A stretch of DNA of 32,000 nt from Acaryochloris marina S15 (GCF_018336915.1 NZ_CP064923.1:4830001-4862000), one strand, 5' to 3'. Positions 16,916 through 27,322 are shown, counted from the first letter of the stretch. Translations and numbers: made by a program. The notes: generated by a model from the letters alone, not told the origin.

Positions 16916-19870
16916 CTATTTAGCCTCCATCCAGTTGGCTCCAGTATGAACTTCAGCTACTAAGGGGATACTCAAAGGGAGAGCCATTTCCATCGTGGTT
17001 CTAACTTGCGATCGCACATCCTCCACTTCATCAGGCGGTACTTCCAACACCAATTCATCATGAACCTGCATTAACAGCCGACTCTTATAGGGTTCTAGAG
17101 CAGCTTGGAGCTGGACCATGGCAATTTTAATCAGATCCGCACTAGATCCTTGGATGGGGGCATTAGCTGCAGCCCTCAACAAGCCCCGATCATAGCTACT
17201 CATTTTGATGTCGCTCAGATCAACCTCTGCCATCTCTTCTAGATCTTTGCCGCGATATTTCTTGAGGCCCCGACTATCAAACTCAAAGTAACGGCGGCGT
17301 CCCAAGATTGTTTCCACATACCCTTGGCTGATCGCTTCCCGCTCCATCCGCTGCAAATAGGCAAAGACCTCTGGATAGCGATCGTAAAATCGCTGAATAA
17401 AGTCTTTAGCCTCGCTATATTTGACTCCTGCTTCTCGGGCAAACCGATGGGGTCCCATCCCGTAAATCACACCAAAGTTGATAATCTTCGCCAACCGTCG
17501 TTCTTCTGCCGCAATCTCGTCTTTTTCCAACAGCAATTGGGCCGTCAAAGTATGAACATCCTGGCCATTACGATAGGCCTCTAGCAGGCGAGGCTCTTGG
17601 CTGAGGTGGGCTAGAATACGCAGCTCAATTTGGGAATAATCCGCTGCCATTAAAATCCAGCTCGATTCAGGAATAAAGGCAGCTCGGATTTTGCGGCTAA
17701 ATTCAGTCCGAATCGGAATATTCTGCAAGTTGGGATTGGAAGAGGACAGCCGTCCCGTCGCAGTCACCGCCTGATTAAAGTCCGTATGGATGCGGTGGGT
17801 ATCTGCTCTAACCAAAGTCGGCAAAGCATCCACATAGGTCGACTTGAGTTTGGCTAAAGTTCGGTATTCCAACAACACATCGATAATCGGATGATCGCCC
17901 TGGAGTTTTTCCAAGGTGGCGGCATCTGTGGAATACCCCAGCTTGGTCTTACGAGACTTTTTGACATCCAGCTCCAAGCGGCCAAACAGAATTTCACTTA
18001 ACTGCTTAGGTGAGCCTAAATTGAAGATTTCCCCTGCCAGCTCATAAGCCCCTGCCTCCAATCGCTTTAGATCCGTATCCAATTGGGTGGATAGGGTTTG
18101 TAGATAGTCTTGGTCGATACGGACTCCCGACGTTTCCATCACCGCCAGCACTGATTCCAGAGGCAGTTCCACCTCCTGAAACAGGCCATGCAGTGAGGGA
18201 ATCGCAGCCAGTTCAGCTTCCAGCTTCTCCCTCAGCTGATAGGTAGTGAATACATCCAACCCACAATATTCAGCCACTTGCGGAATAGATAAGTCGGCAA
18301 TAGTTTGCCCCTTTTTGACCAATTCCTTATAACTTTTCGCCGTTATTTGGAGATAATTCCGAGATAGATCTGTAAGGTTATGGCTGCGCTCTGGGTTCAA
18401 CACATAGCTGGCCAACATGGTGTCAAACACAACACCCCGAATCTGAATCCCCTGGAACTGGAACACTAACCGATCAAACTTGGCATTTTGAAACGCCTTG
18501 GGATAGCTATCACTTTCCAAAATGGGACGTAATCCTGCTAGAGCCGTTTCTAGATCTAAGTTGTCGCCCTCTTTATGACCTAATGGAATATAAGCAATGG
18601 ATTGTTCATCTCCCTGCCAACAACAGCCAATGCCAACGAGATGGGCATCCCGAGGGGAAAGACTATCGGTTTCTGTATCCCAAGCCACGGGCTGAGAAGC
18701 ATCTGTGTAAGCCTCCAAGAGAGTGACTAACTCTGCCAATTTGGCGGGAGTATCAATAATCCGAGGGACAAGCTGGGGGGGTGGAGGGGTTTGAGCTGCA
18801 TCCGTATCTTCCGCACTAAAAAACCAGGTGTCATCTCCATCATCAGCCGTTGAGGGAGTGGCCGTAGCGGCAGGTGGAGCAATAGCTTCTCCGCCAAACT
18901 GCTTCTGAAGTTGATTGATTTGGCGCAGGAAAGACTGGAATTCTAGCTTCTCCAAAACGGGAGAGACCTTATCGGCAGTGAAGCCTTTTATCGCAAAGTC
19001 TTGCGGTCCAACCTTTAAAGGCACATCCAAAACAATGCGAGCCATAAATTGAGAATGATAGGCAGCCTCTTTCCCCGTCACCAGTTTTTTCTGAACGGCC
19101 CCTTTGATTTGCTCAACAGAGGCGTAGACATTGTCGAGGGTGCCATATTCAGCCAGCAGCTTAATGGCGGTTTTATCGCCAATCCCTTTCACCCCTGGAA
19201 TATTATCGGATGAGTCACCACAGAGGGCCTTATAATCCACAATCTGCTCAACCGTGACTCCCATCTTTTCCTGGACTTCGGTTGGACCAAATGACCCCGG
19301 TTCTGCCCCACTACGAGAGGCTGCACTATAAATATTGCTCATATAAAGAATACGAACACGATCATCAGGCTGAACCAGCTGAAATAAATCGCGATCGCCA
19401 CTCAGGATCTTCACCTTAAATCCCTGCTGGCTCGCCTGATAAGCCAACGTGCCCAACACATCATCGGCTTCATAGCCAGGCTCGACAACAATAGGTAAAT
19501 CCATTGCGGTCAAAAGTTCTTGCAGATTTTCTAGGTCAGGGATGAAGTCTTCTGGCGTTTCGGCTCGGTTCGCTTTATAGGTTTCATCGGCTTTATGCCG
19601 AAAGGTAGGTCCCCCCAAGTCAAATGCAATCGCTAAATAATGGGGTTTCTCCCTTTTCAATAAATCCAATAGATTCTTGAGAAACCCATAACAGACACTC
19701 GTAGGAATACCCTTAGAGGTTCGTAATCCACCTTCTCGGCCTTTGGCAAAGGCATAGTAAGCCCGAAAGGCGAGGGAATGTCCATCGACCAAAACCAGGG
19801 TGGGTTTGGAGTCTGCGCTTGCAGAAGACTGAAGTGCAGCGGGTGCTTGGGAAGTGGAAGTGGGAGTCAT
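16916..19870 (-). CDS. polA: DNA polymerase I
   Basis: 984 aa. It has a 5'-nuclease N-terminus (LVLVDGHSLAFRAYYA), the 3'-5' exonuclease ExoI motif (VAWDTETDSL), and polymerase motifs A (DYSQIELR), B (RRLAKIINFGVIYG) and C (QVHDELV). Confidence 0.97.
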   Translation of the reverse strand: MTPTSTSQAPAALQSSASADSKPTLVLVDGHSLAFRAYYAFAKGREGGLRTSKGIPTSVCYGFLKNLLDLLKREKPHYLAIAFDLGGPTFRHKADETYKANRAETPEDFIPDLENLQELLTAMDLPIVVEPGYEADDVLGTLAYQASQQGFKVKILSGDRDLFQLVQPDDRVRILYMSNIYSAASRSGAEPGSFGPTEVQEKMGVTVEQIVDYKALCGDSSDNIPGVKGIGDKTAIKLLAEYGTLDNVYASVEQIKGAVQKKLVTGKEAAYHSQFMARIVLDVPLKVGPQDFAIKGFTADKVSPVLEKLEFQSFLRQINQLQKQFGGEAIAPPAATATPSTADDGDDTWFFSAEDTDAAQTPPPPQLVPRIIDTPAKLAELVTLLEAYTDASQPVAWDTETDSLSPRDAHLVGIGCCWQGDEQSIAYIPLGHKEGDNLDLETALAGLRPILESDSYPKAFQNAKFDRLVFQFQGIQIRGVVFDTMLASYVLNPERSHNLTDLSRNYLQITAKSYKELVKKGQTIADLSIPQVAEYCGLDVFTTYQLREKLEAELAAIPSLHGLFQEVELPLESVLAVMETSGVRIDQDYLQTLSTQLDTDLKRLEAGAYELAGEIFNLGSPKQLSEILFGRLELDVKKSRKTKLGYSTDAATLEKLQGDHPIIDVLLEYRTLAKLKSTYVDALPTLVRADTHRIHTDFNQAVTATGRLSSSNPNLQNIPIRTEFSRKIRAAFIPESSWILMAADYSQIELRILAHLSQEPRLLEAYRNGQDVHTLTAQLLLEKDEIAAEERRLAKIINFGVIYGMGPHRFAREAGVKYSEAKDFIQRFYDRYPEVFAYLQRMEREAISQGYVETILGRRRYFEFDSRGLKKYRGKDLEEMAEVDLSDIKMSSYDRGLLRAAANAPIQGSSADLIKIAMVQLQAALEPYKSRLLMQVHDELVLEVPPDEVEDVRSQVRTTMEMALPLSIPLVAEVHTGANWMEAK
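17008..17015. repeat. HIP1 octamer GCGATCGC
   Basis: Exact palindromic octamer, inside polA. Confidence 0.9.
19391..19398. repeat. HIP1 octamer GCGATCGC
   Basis: Exact palindromic octamer, inside polA. Confidence 0.9.
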
Positions 19871-20176
19871 GACCCTATTGTACGGATTTACCAGGCTTTA
19901 TCCGTGATATACAAGACTTTCCAATCTATTCCTCATCCAGCAAACTTCCATTCCTGCTGACTCAAATGGGTCCCCACAACCTTGAAAAGAACAATCCTGA
20001 ACAGGGAACCATAAGCGAAGCCTATGGTGTTTCGTTGTTTTTGCAGCATTATCCTCATGGCAGCTGAAGAAGATGGGGCAGTCGAATACAGGTTCATTTC
20101 TATGAGGTATGTCATTGACCATCATGGATGGCTGAAAAACTTACGTCTCATAGATTAAACAAGGTCCAAAAAAACT

Positions 20177-20467
20177 ATGGCAAGACATAAAAGCCTCACT
20201 TATCTTGGCAGTCTGATATTTGCATCCTTACTCCTCATCAGCTGCCAAAATAAAGCGCTGGTTAACAAGGAGAAATACGAACAGCTCAAGTTAGATATGT
20301 CCTATGAGGAAGTCAAAAAAATCATGGGCAGTCCCGGAGAGGTGAAGAAGTTTCCAGAGCAACCCTCCACAGAAACGACCTATATCTGGAAACAAGAGGA
20401 TTCTTCTTATCGCATTCTCGTAACTCTCAAAGATGGGAAAGTCGGCAGTTTAGTGGATATCAAATAA
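20177..20467 (+). CDS. Small putative lipoprotein, BLIP/DUF3862-like
   Basis: 96 aa. A signal peptide ends in a lipobox-like LLISC. The mature part has the pattern I associate with DUF3862/BLIP-like domains: KEKYEQLKLDMSYEEVKKIMGSPGE...YIWKQ...LKDGKV. Confidence 0.65.
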   Translation: MARHKSLTYLGSLIFASLLLISCQNKALVNKEKYEQLKLDMSYEEVKKIMGSPGEVKKFPEQPSTETTYIWKQEDSSYRILVTLKDGKVGSLVDIK

Positions 20468-20569
20468 AATTCTAGATATTGGTGCCTTTTACCTCTCCTG
20501 CAATGATTGATAACAGGGGCGAACTAGTCGTCGATATTAGCAGCTTCACCTTACGATGCAGACTACGAT

Positions 20570-20875
20570 ATGGCCTATGTTTACTGTGTCGATGAGGCCA
20601 AGAATTATTGTTTTTCCCTCTCAAGATTTCCTAATTCTGAACATATTGAAGTAATGGTCCTTGACCAGCTGGTGAGTCACGTCGATGATTTGACGATGTC
20701 TGTAACTCGCAAATTGATGACAGCCACGTTAGATGAAAAGACTGCTACATCTCTGGATGGATATCAGCACTATGACCTTCAATTTGAATTGACTCCCCCA
20801 GAGATGACTCGTCTCATTGATAGCCTTCAACAAATTTTTGCTGGGAAGTCAGGATTATCGATTGATGCTACTTGA
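20570..20875 (+). CDS. Hypothetical small acidic protein (101 aa)
   Basis: An ORF with no overlapping competitor, carrying 15 acidic against 7 basic residues. It lies in a low-GC stretch. Its stop codon is embedded in a strong hairpin. I cannot firmly name a family. Confidence 0.5.
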   Translation: MAYVYCVDEAKNYCFSLSRFPNSEHIEVMVLDQLVSHVDDLTMSVTRKLMTATLDEKTATSLDGYQHYDLQFELTPPEMTRLIDSLQQIFAGKSGLSIDAT

Positions 20876-20917
20876 AATATGGGAGTGTTGGACTAAAGCA
20901 ACGCTCCCATATTTCAA
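20872..20917. terminator. 19-bp stem-loop between convergent genes (probable bidirectional terminator)
   Basis: TTGAAATATGGGAGTGTTG / CAACGCTCCCATATTTCAA form 19 bp (one G-U pair) with the loop GACTAAAG. It overlaps the TGA of the 101-aa gene and lies 40 nt from the serC stop codon on the other strand. Confidence 0.7.
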
Positions 20918-20956
20918 CTTGATAAATGTAGAAAATAAGCAGACAACCGTTTCAGA

Positions 20957-22117
20957 TTAACCGTGGCTTGATTTCATCTGTTCATAAGCCCAATCTAACC
21001 AAGGAGTCAACGCTTCAAGATCAGCTGTATCTACTGTGGCTCCACCCCAAATTCTTAGTCCTGGAGGTGCATCACGGTAGGAACCGATATCATAAGCAAC
21101 CTCTTCCTTATCTAGCAAAGTAGCTAGCTGCTTTGCGCCTTTGGCCTGGTCTTCAGCAGCGAGGGCTGTATACCAAGGATCAACAATTTTGAGACAGATA
21201 GAAGTATTGGAGCGGGTGGCTGGATCGACGGCAAGGAAATCCACCCAATCTGTTCGATCAACCCAATTAGTTATCGCAGTCAGATTTGCTTGAGAACGGG
21301 CGATTAATGCCGATACGCCTCCCAAACTCTCCGCCCATTTCAACCCATCTAAGGCATCTTCCACACAAAGCATGGAAGGAGTATTAATAGTTGCACCTGT
21401 AAAAATGGCTGCATTCAGCTTGCCTTTTTTCGTCAACTGAAAAATCTTGGGGAGAGGCCAAGCCGGGGCATAGGACTCCAACCGCTCTACAGCCCGAGGG
21501 CTAAGAACCAACATACCGTGGGCGGCTTCTCCACCCATGACCTTTTGCCAAGACCAGGTGACCACATCCAGCTTGGACCAGGGAATATCCATGGCAAAGG
21601 CGGCGGAGGTGGCATCCGCAATGGTGAGGCCCTGGCGATTATCCAAAATCCAGTCACCGTTGGGAACTTTAACCCCAGAGGTGGTGCCATTCCAGGTGAA
21701 TACAATGTCGCGATCGCAATCCAGTTTCGACAGATCCGGCAAGTGACCATACTCGGCCTTGGTAATGTTGCAATCCGGCAGTTTCAACTGCTTTTGCACA
21801 TCCGTAACCCAGCCAGAGCCAAAGCTTTCCCAGGCCACCATTTCAGTACCCCGAGCCCCCAGGAGAGACCACATGGCAATTTCCACTGCGCCCGTATCGG
21901 AGGCAGGGACAATTCCACAGAGATAGTCTTCAGGAATGCCTAAAATTGCTTTCGTCCGATCAATCACCTCTTTGAGGCGGGCCTTACCCGGACCAGACCG
22001 ATGGGAGCGTCCCACCAACGCATTATTCAGGGCTTCCAGATTCCAACCCGGACGCTTGGAGCAAGGGCCTGAAGAAAAGTAGGGACGTTGAGGACGTTGG
22101 CTAGGTTGGGAAGTCAT
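20957..22117 (-). CDS. serC: Phosphoserine aminotransferase, alternative (archaeal/actinobacterial-like) SerC type
   Basis: Segments present: [41 protein letters not shown], the PLP-lysine context SWQKVMGGE, and TINTPSML. I prefer the ATG at 22117 ([18 protein letters not shown]) over the track start at 22180. Confidence 0.85.
   Translation of the reverse strand: MTSQPSQRPQRPYFSSGPCSKRPGWNLEALNNALVGRSHRSGPGKARLKEVIDRTKAILGIPEDYLCGIVPASDTGAVEIAMWSLLGARGTEMVAWESFGSGWVTDVQKQLKLPDCNITKAEYGHLPDLSKLDCDRDIVFTWNGTTSGVKVPNGDWILDNRQGLTIADATSAAFAMDIPWSKLDVVTWSWQKVMGGEAAHGMLVLSPRAVERLESYAPAWPLPKIFQLTKKGKLNAAIFTGATINTPSMLCVEDALDGLKWAESLGGVSALIARSQANLTAITNWVDRTDWVDFLAVDPATRSNTSICLKIVDPWYTALAAEDQAKGAKQLATLLDKEEVAYDIGSYRDAPPGLRIWGGATVDTADLEALTPWLDWAYEQMKSSHG
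21709..21716. repeat. HIP1 octamer GCGATCGC
   Basis: Exact palindromic octamer, inside serC. Confidence 0.9.
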
Positions 22118-22321
22118 ATAAAATTTTACGTCGGGGTCAGGACTATCGAGTTGCAGCAAAACTTGGGCAGCTTGGCCCATAGCTTACTGAATGAAGTTAA
22201 TTAGTCTAAGCTGCTTCGTCCGGGATCCAGCGTTCCGAATTATTTTTTTAAGATCTGGGAAGGCCTAAGGAGGTCGCTGGTAAACTTAAATCCTTCATGA
22301 GTCACATTCGGTCGATATTCC

Positions 22322-22615
22322 ATGGCGCCAGAGAATAGCCTCAAGGATCAACGTCATCCGCAGCAAGATCGCGATCGCAACACTCTTAATCGCCTGCTGC
22401 GAGAAGAGCCCAATGCCCTCAACTGGGCTGAACTAGCTCGGCTACGCATTCGCTATGCCGGATTTCCAGGAAGTCGAGATATTCAAAAAGATCTGGATAA
22501 GTTACTAGAGAAATGGGGCGTCACCGAAGCCCAACTTTTCGAGAAAACCCGCGAAATTCACGCCACCCAGAAAATTTACACGGTTCGGACCAATAAAAAA
22601 GAAGACTGGACCTAA
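22322..22615 (+). CDS. Conserved small cyanobacterial protein (DUF3288-like)
   Basis: 97 aa. QRHPQQDRDRNTLNRLL...LARLRIRYAGFPGSRDIQKDLDKLLEKWGVTEAQLFEKTREIH matches my recollection of the DUF3288 pattern. Its stop codon overlaps the next ATG (TAATG). Confidence 0.65.
   Translation: MAPENSLKDQRHPQQDRDRNTLNRLLREEPNALNWAELARLRIRYAGFPGSRDIQKDLDKLLEKWGVTEAQLFEKTREIHATQKIYTVRTNKKEDWT
22371..22378. repeat. HIP1 octamer GCGATCGC
   Basis: Exact palindromic octamer, in the context GATCGCGATCGC, inside the DUF3288-like gene. Confidence 0.9.
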
Positions 22616-23118
22616 TGGCGCAGCCTCTGAAGCTCTATTTCATTCGTCATGGAATTGCCGAAAAGCGACAGTCCCATCTCCCCGACAAGCAGCGAACATT
22701 AACCTCTAAAGGTCGACAGAAAACCCAGAAAGTGGCCCAGCAACTGCAAACACTGGGAATCAATTTTGACTATTTGCAAACCAGTCCTCTAGTACGCGCC
22801 CACCAAACCGCTGAGATTATCCAGCAACAGGGACTCATCAGCGCCATCCATGTCTCTGGTTTATTGAGTCCCGAAGGAAACTGGCAAGACTGGCTGAATT
22901 GGTTTCAGAACTGGCGAAAACAAGGTTTGAAGCATTTAGCCTTGGTCGGACACGAACCTAACTTGAGCGCATGGGCAGAAATCTTAGTATGGGGGCAACC
23001 CCGTCAGCAACTGGTTTTGAAGAAGGCTGGTATGATTGGACTACTCTTGCCAGAGCATCACAACCCTGTGGGGCAAAGTACCCTGTTTTGGTTGACTGCT
23101 CCAAAATTGCTGTTTTAG
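22615..23118 (+). CDS. sixA: SixA-like phosphohistidine phosphatase (histidine phosphatase superfamily)
   Basis: 167 aa, with the RHG motif at the N-terminus (LYFIRHGIA) and a second catalytic His context (LVGHEPNLS). Confidence 0.8.
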   Translation: MAQPLKLYFIRHGIAEKRQSHLPDKQRTLTSKGRQKTQKVAQQLQTLGINFDYLQTSPLVRAHQTAEIIQQQGLISAIHVSGLLSPEGNWQDWLNWFQNWRKQGLKHLALVGHEPNLSAWAEILVWGQPRQQLVLKKAGMIGLLLPEHHNPVGQSTLFWLTAPKLLF

Positions 23119-23206
23119 AGCCAATACACTCCTTCGCCCTGTCCAGCTCCCCCCTCAGTTCACCCAGACAGCTTGGCGATATATTCATCTTCATCTGAGA
23201 GACACT

Positions 23207-24343
23207 ATGGTCGCTTGTGAATTTCAACCCGGTTTAGAAGGTATTCCTGCTGCTCAATCCCAGGTCAGCTTTGTCAATGGTCAAGTGGGTCAATTGGAGT
23301 ACCGTGGTGTTCCCATTGAAGCCCTAGCGGACAACAGCAGCTTTCTCGAAACGGCTTATCTATTGATTTGGGGTGAATTTCCTAAATCAGATGACCTGCA
23401 CACCTTCCAGGAAGAAATCACCCACCATCGCCGCATCAAATATCGCATTCGGGACATGATGAAGTGTTTTCCCGAAAGCGGTCACCCGATGGATGCGCTA
23501 CAGGCATCTGCTGCAGCCCTAGGGCTGTTCTACTCCCGACGGGCCTTAGACGATCCCACTTATATTCGGCAGGCCGTGGTGCGGTTACTGGCAAAAATCC
23601 CGACAATGGTGGCGGCATTTGAGCATATTCGTAAGGGGAATGACCCCGTTCGGCCACGAGATGATTTGAGCTATGCCGCTAATTTTCTCTACATGATGAA
23701 TGAGCAGGAGCCCGATCCCTTTTTGGCCCAAGTATTTGACACCTGCTTGATCCTGCACGCCGAACATACGATGAACGCCTCCACCTTCTCGGCTCGGGTC
23801 ACAGCCTCCACCCTCACGGATCCCTATGCCATTGTGGCCTCAGCGGTGGGCACCTTAGCAGGTCCCTTGCATGGAGGAGCCAATGAGGAAGTGATCACAA
23901 TGTTGGAGGAGATCGGCTCGGTTGAGAATGTCCAGCCTTTCTTGGACGAGAAGCTAGCCACCAAATCGAAAATCATGGGATTTGGGCATCGAGTCTATAA
24001 GGTCAAAGATCCCCGAGCTAAGATCTTGCAAAAATTAGCCGAAAAATTATTTGCCAAAACCGGTGGTGATCCATCCTATGAGATTGCCCTAGCCCTGGAA
24101 ACAGCAGTGGCCGAAAAGTTGGGGAGTAAAGGCATTTACCCTAATGTTGATTTCTACTCCGGGTTGGTTTATCAAAAGCTGGGAATCCCCACCGATTTAT
24201 TTACGCCCATATTTGCGATAGCACGAGTGGCAGGCTGGTTAGCCCACTGGCGAGAGCAGCTGGAAACCAACCGAATCTATCGCCCTAGCCAGGTTTACAT
24301 CGGCGAACATAGCCTTTCTTATATCCCCCCGGAAAGTCGTTAG
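23207..24343 (+). CDS. gltA: Citrate synthase
   Basis: 378 aa, with LILHAEHTMNAST, GPLHGGANE, GFGHRVYKVKDPR and NVDFYSG. Confidence 0.95.
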   Translation: MVACEFQPGLEGIPAAQSQVSFVNGQVGQLEYRGVPIEALADNSSFLETAYLLIWGEFPKSDDLHTFQEEITHHRRIKYRIRDMMKCFPESGHPMDALQASAAALGLFYSRRALDDPTYIRQAVVRLLAKIPTMVAAFEHIRKGNDPVRPRDDLSYAANFLYMMNEQEPDPFLAQVFDTCLILHAEHTMNASTFSARVTASTLTDPYAIVASAVGTLAGPLHGGANEEVITMLEEIGSVENVQPFLDEKLATKSKIMGFGHRVYKVKDPRAKILQKLAEKLFAKTGGDPSYEIALALETAVAEKLGSKGIYPNVDFYSGLVYQKLGIPTDLFTPIFAIARVAGWLAHWREQLETNRIYRPSQVYIGEHSLSYIPPESR

Positions 24344-24498
24344 GGCAGACATTGACTAGAATCAATCCTTTTACTAAACCCTAATTGAACCGGATGTCAG
24401 ACCATGAAGTTATTCGCCAAGAAACTCTCCTAGGCGTATATACTGGTTTAGGCATCAAGAAACTTTACAAATCATATATTCAGTAAGAACGGGCGGCA

Positions 24499-25617
24499 AT
24501 GAACCCAGGTATTGATCTTGAACAACGCTTCGTTGAAAATTTGATGGAATTGGGGTTAACCCCCGGTGTCGCCAAAACCATTTGGCTCCCAATCCCCATG
24601 TTGTTGATGATTATCGGTGCAACGGTGGGTGTGCTGGTTTCGGTTTGGCTAGAGCGAAAAGTTTCAGCGGCAGCTCAGCAACGAATAGGCCCCGAATATA
24701 TTGGACCGTTGGGTATCCTAGCGCCAGTGGCAGATGGCATCAAACTTGTCTTTAAAGAAGACATCGTGCCCGCAAATACTGACCCCTGGCTCTTTACGTT
24801 AGGTCCCATTCTGGTCGTTATTCCCGTATTTTTCTCCTATCTGATTGTCCCGTTTGGTCAGAATATCCTGATTACAGACCTGGGCATTGGCATCTTTTTC
24901 TGGATTGCACTATCCAGCATTGCGCCGATTGGTCTGTTAATGGCGGGATATTCATCCAACAATAAGTACTCTTTGATAGGTGGGCTGCGAGCGGCTGCTC
25001 AATCGATTAGCTACGAAATTCCACTAGCCTTGGCTGTATTGGCTGTGGTGATGATGTCCAACAGCCTCAGCACGATTGAAATCGTTAATAAGCAGTCGGG
25101 CTATGGCATTCTCGGCTGGAACATTATTCGCCAGCCCATTGGGTTTATGTTGTTCTGGATTGCCGCCTTGGCGGAATGTGAACGCCTGCCCTTTGACTTA
25201 CCCGAAGCGGAAGAAGAATTGGTGGCGGGTTATCAAACTGAATATGCAGGCATGAAGTTTGCTCTGTTTTATTTGGGGTCCTACGTCAACCTAGTGCTGT
25301 CTTCGATTTTGGTAGCGGTCCTCTACTTTGGAGGTTGGGACCTTCCCATTCCAGCAACGATGATTGCGGACTGGATTAATGTCGATCCCAATAATGCCAT
25401 TTTTGAATTGGTGACAGCAGGCTTAGGCTTGGTGATGACCTTGCTAAAAGCCTATTTCTTTCTATTCCTAGCTATTTTGTTGCGCTGGACCGTTCCTCGG
25501 GTCCGCATTGACCAGCTTTTAGATTTTGGTTGGAAATTTTTACTGCCTGTGGGATTGGTGAATCTCCTTCTCACCGCCGGTCTGAAATTAGCGTTTCCTT
25601 TTGCCTTTGGTGGATAG
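24499..25617 (+). CDS. ndhA: NDH-1 subunit 1 (NdhA / NuoH homologue)
   Basis: 372 aa and polytopic, with [42 protein letters not shown] and [24 protein letters not shown]. Confidence 0.96.
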   Translation: MNPGIDLEQRFVENLMELGLTPGVAKTIWLPIPMLLMIIGATVGVLVSVWLERKVSAAAQQRIGPEYIGPLGILAPVADGIKLVFKEDIVPANTDPWLFTLGPILVVIPVFFSYLIVPFGQNILITDLGIGIFFWIALSSIAPIGLLMAGYSSNNKYSLIGGLRAAAQSISYEIPLALAVLAVVMMSNSLSTIEIVNKQSGYGILGWNIIRQPIGFMLFWIAALAECERLPFDLPEAEEELVAGYQTEYAGMKFALFYLGSYVNLVLSSILVAVLYFGGWDLPIPATMIADWINVDPNNAIFELVTAGLGLVMTLLKAYFFLFLAILLRWTVPRVRIDQLLDFGWKFLLPVGLVNLLLTAGLKLAFPFAFGG

Positions 25618-25688
25618 GCTTAAGGCAAATTTTCTAAACTGTAAATTAGCGCCAACCTTCATCTGCCGACATCTGAGAGTGAACATCC

Positions 25689-26291
25689 ATGCTCAAGTTT
25701 CTAAATCAAGTCACCAGTTACGGGAAAGAATCTTTCCAAGCTGCCCGTTACATTGGTCAAGGTCTAGCAGTGACCTTCGATCATATGAAGCGCCGCCCCA
25801 TTACGGTGCAGTATCCCTATGAGAAGCTCATCCCTTCCGAGCGATTTCGCGGTCGCATTCACTTCGAGTTTGATAAGTGCATCTCTTGCGAAGTCTGTGT
25901 CCGAGTGTGCCCAATTAATCTTCCCGTAGTGGATTGGGAATTTAACAAAGAGATCAAAAAGAAGCAGCTCAAGCACTACAGTATTGACTTTGGAGTCTGT
26001 ATTTTCTGTGCCAACTGCGTGGAATACTGTCCCACGAACTGCCTCTCAGTCACAGAAGAGTATGAGCTATCTACCTTCGACCGCCATGAGCTGAACTTCG
26101 ATAGCGTGGCGATGGGACGCTTGCCCTATAAAGTGACGCAAGATCCAATGGTCACCCCCATTCGCGAATTTGCCTACTTACCAGCATCAGAAATTGACGG
26201 TCATAACGTTGACCATACGGCACCGCGAGCTGGGCAAACGCCAGCTGAGATTGTCGCTAGCACACCGCAACCAGAAACCAAGGAGGGCTAA
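25689..26291 (+). CDS. ndhI: NDH-1 subunit I (NdhI / NuoI homologue), 2x[4Fe-4S]
   Basis: Two ferredoxin-type motifs are present ([12 protein letters not shown] and [12 protein letters not shown]), with the conserved N-terminus [14 protein letters not shown]. Confidence 0.96.
   Translation: MLKFLNQVTSYGKESFQAARYIGQGLAVTFDHMKRRPITVQYPYEKLIPSERFRGRIHFEFDKCISCEVCVRVCPINLPVVDWEFNKEIKKKQLKHYSIDFGVCIFCANCVEYCPTNCLSVTEEYELSTFDRHELNFDSVAMGRLPYKVTQDPMVTPIREFAYLPASEIDGHNVDHTAPRAGQTPAEIVASTPQPETKEG
26281..26287 (+). promoter_or_regulatory. Shine-Dalgarno sequence for GTG-initiated ndhG
   Basis: AGGAGGG lies inside the last codons of ndhI, 7 nt upstream of the GTG at 26295. The gap between the ndhI stop codon and the ndhG start is only 3 nt, which suggests translational coupling. 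Confidence 0.6.
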
Positions 26292-26294
26292 TCA

Positions 26295-26891
26295 GTGAAT
26301 CTAGCAGAAGGGGTTCAGCTAGTCTCCCTAATTATTTTGTCTGTGATGATGCTCGGAGCTGCTTTAGGAGTGGTTCTATTTGAGAGTATTGTCTACTCAG
26401 CGTTTACCCTGGGTGCGGTATTTATCAGCATTGCGGGTCTTTACATTTTGCTAAATGCTGACTTTGTGTCGGCAGCCCAAATCCTCGTCTATGTGGGTGC
26501 GGTGAACGTCTTGATTCTGTTTGCGATCATGCTGGTTAATAAGACAGAAGAATTTAAACCATTACCCAGACGCTGGATTCGTAAGGTTTCTACCGCTTTT
26601 GTGTCCTTGGCTCTGTTCACACTGCTAGCAACAATGGTCCTGCAGACCAATTGGCCAGTGGATGTAACCCTAACGCCTCCTGCTTCCTCTGTGGAAACCA
26701 TTGGTATTCATTTCTTTACGGATTATTTGTTGCCCTTTGAATTGGCTTCCATTCTCTTGCTGATGGCTTTGGTCGGCGCAGTTGTCTTAGCCCGCCGGGA
26801 AACCATTATTGGCGAGGAAACAGCCATTGTGGGAGAAGAACCAGCTCCAGTGTTGGAATTACCAGAGCGTCCCAAAGAGCCTATTGCTTAG
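26295..26891 (+). CDS. ndhG: NDH-1 subunit 6 (NdhG / NuoJ homologue)
   Basis: 198 aa with a GTG start. The hydrophobic N-terminal half includes AAQILVYVGAVNVLILFAIML and LPFELASILLLMALVGA. Confidence 0.93.
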   Translation: MNLAEGVQLVSLIILSVMMLGAALGVVLFESIVYSAFTLGAVFISIAGLYILLNADFVSAAQILVYVGAVNVLILFAIMLVNKTEEFKPLPRRWIRKVSTAFVSLALFTLLATMVLQTNWPVDVTLTPPASSVETIGIHFFTDYLLPFELASILLLMALVGAVVLARRETIIGEETAIVGEEPAPVLELPERPKEPIA

Positions 26892-26934
26892 CGCTTGATA
26901 CCTTTTAAGTCTTGGAGAATTTCAGAGAATCCCT

Positions 26935-27240
26935 ATGAACCTTGAGTTCTTTTTACTCTTAGCAGCTGCCCTCTTTTGCATTGGCATCTATGGCCTAGTG
27001 ACTAGCCGTAACGCAGTTCGGGTATTGATGTCGGTGGAACTATTGCTGAATGCCGTTAACTTGAATTTAGTGTCCTTCTCCAACTTTTTGGATGGCCAAA
27101 ACATTAACGGTCAGGTGTTTACAGTATTTGTAATCACCATTGCAGCGGCTGAAGCAGCAGTTGGTTTGGCCATTATCCTCTCCATCTACCGCAACCGTGA
27201 CACAGTCGACATGGAACAGTTCAATTTGCTGAAGTGGTAG
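26935..27240 (+). CDS. ndhE: NDH-1 subunit 4L (NdhE / NuoK homologue)
   Basis: 101 aa with three TM helices, including [16 protein letters not shown] and [18 protein letters not shown]. Confidence 0.95.
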   Translation: MNLEFFLLLAAALFCIGIYGLVTSRNAVRVLMSVELLLNAVNLNLVSFSNFLDGQNINGQVFTVFVITIAAAEAAVGLAIILSIYRNRDTVDMEQFNLLKW

Positions 27241-27322
27241 TAGGCCATCTCATCTTTTAGGCAAGAGTGGCGATTTCACCACTGAGCTGATTATGCTTGA
27301 GGTGTAGTGCATCGCAACCTGA

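Noticed and set aside
19898-20125. 75-aa Cys-rich minus-strand ORF filling most of the 306-bp polA upstream region (and the overlapping 60-aa ORF at 19933-20115)
   Set aside because: It has no ribosome-binding site and a random-looking composition, and a second overlapping frame is equally open. I recognise no family. It would be worth a quick homology search, but it is not supportable from sequence alone.
21518-21943. 141-aa antisense ORF inside serC
   Set aside because: It lies opposite a clearly recognisable aminotransferase, with a Gly/Pro/Ile-rich artefactual translation.
22118-22180. Upstream 21-codon extension of serC (track start at 22180)
   Set aside because: Conserved SerC sequence begins right after the ATG at 22117 ([18 protein letters not shown]), and the extension has no counterpart that I recall. 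Either start remains possible.
25601-25822. 73-aa ORF bridging the ndhA end and the ndhI start
   Set aside because: It is out of frame with both well-supported ndh genes.
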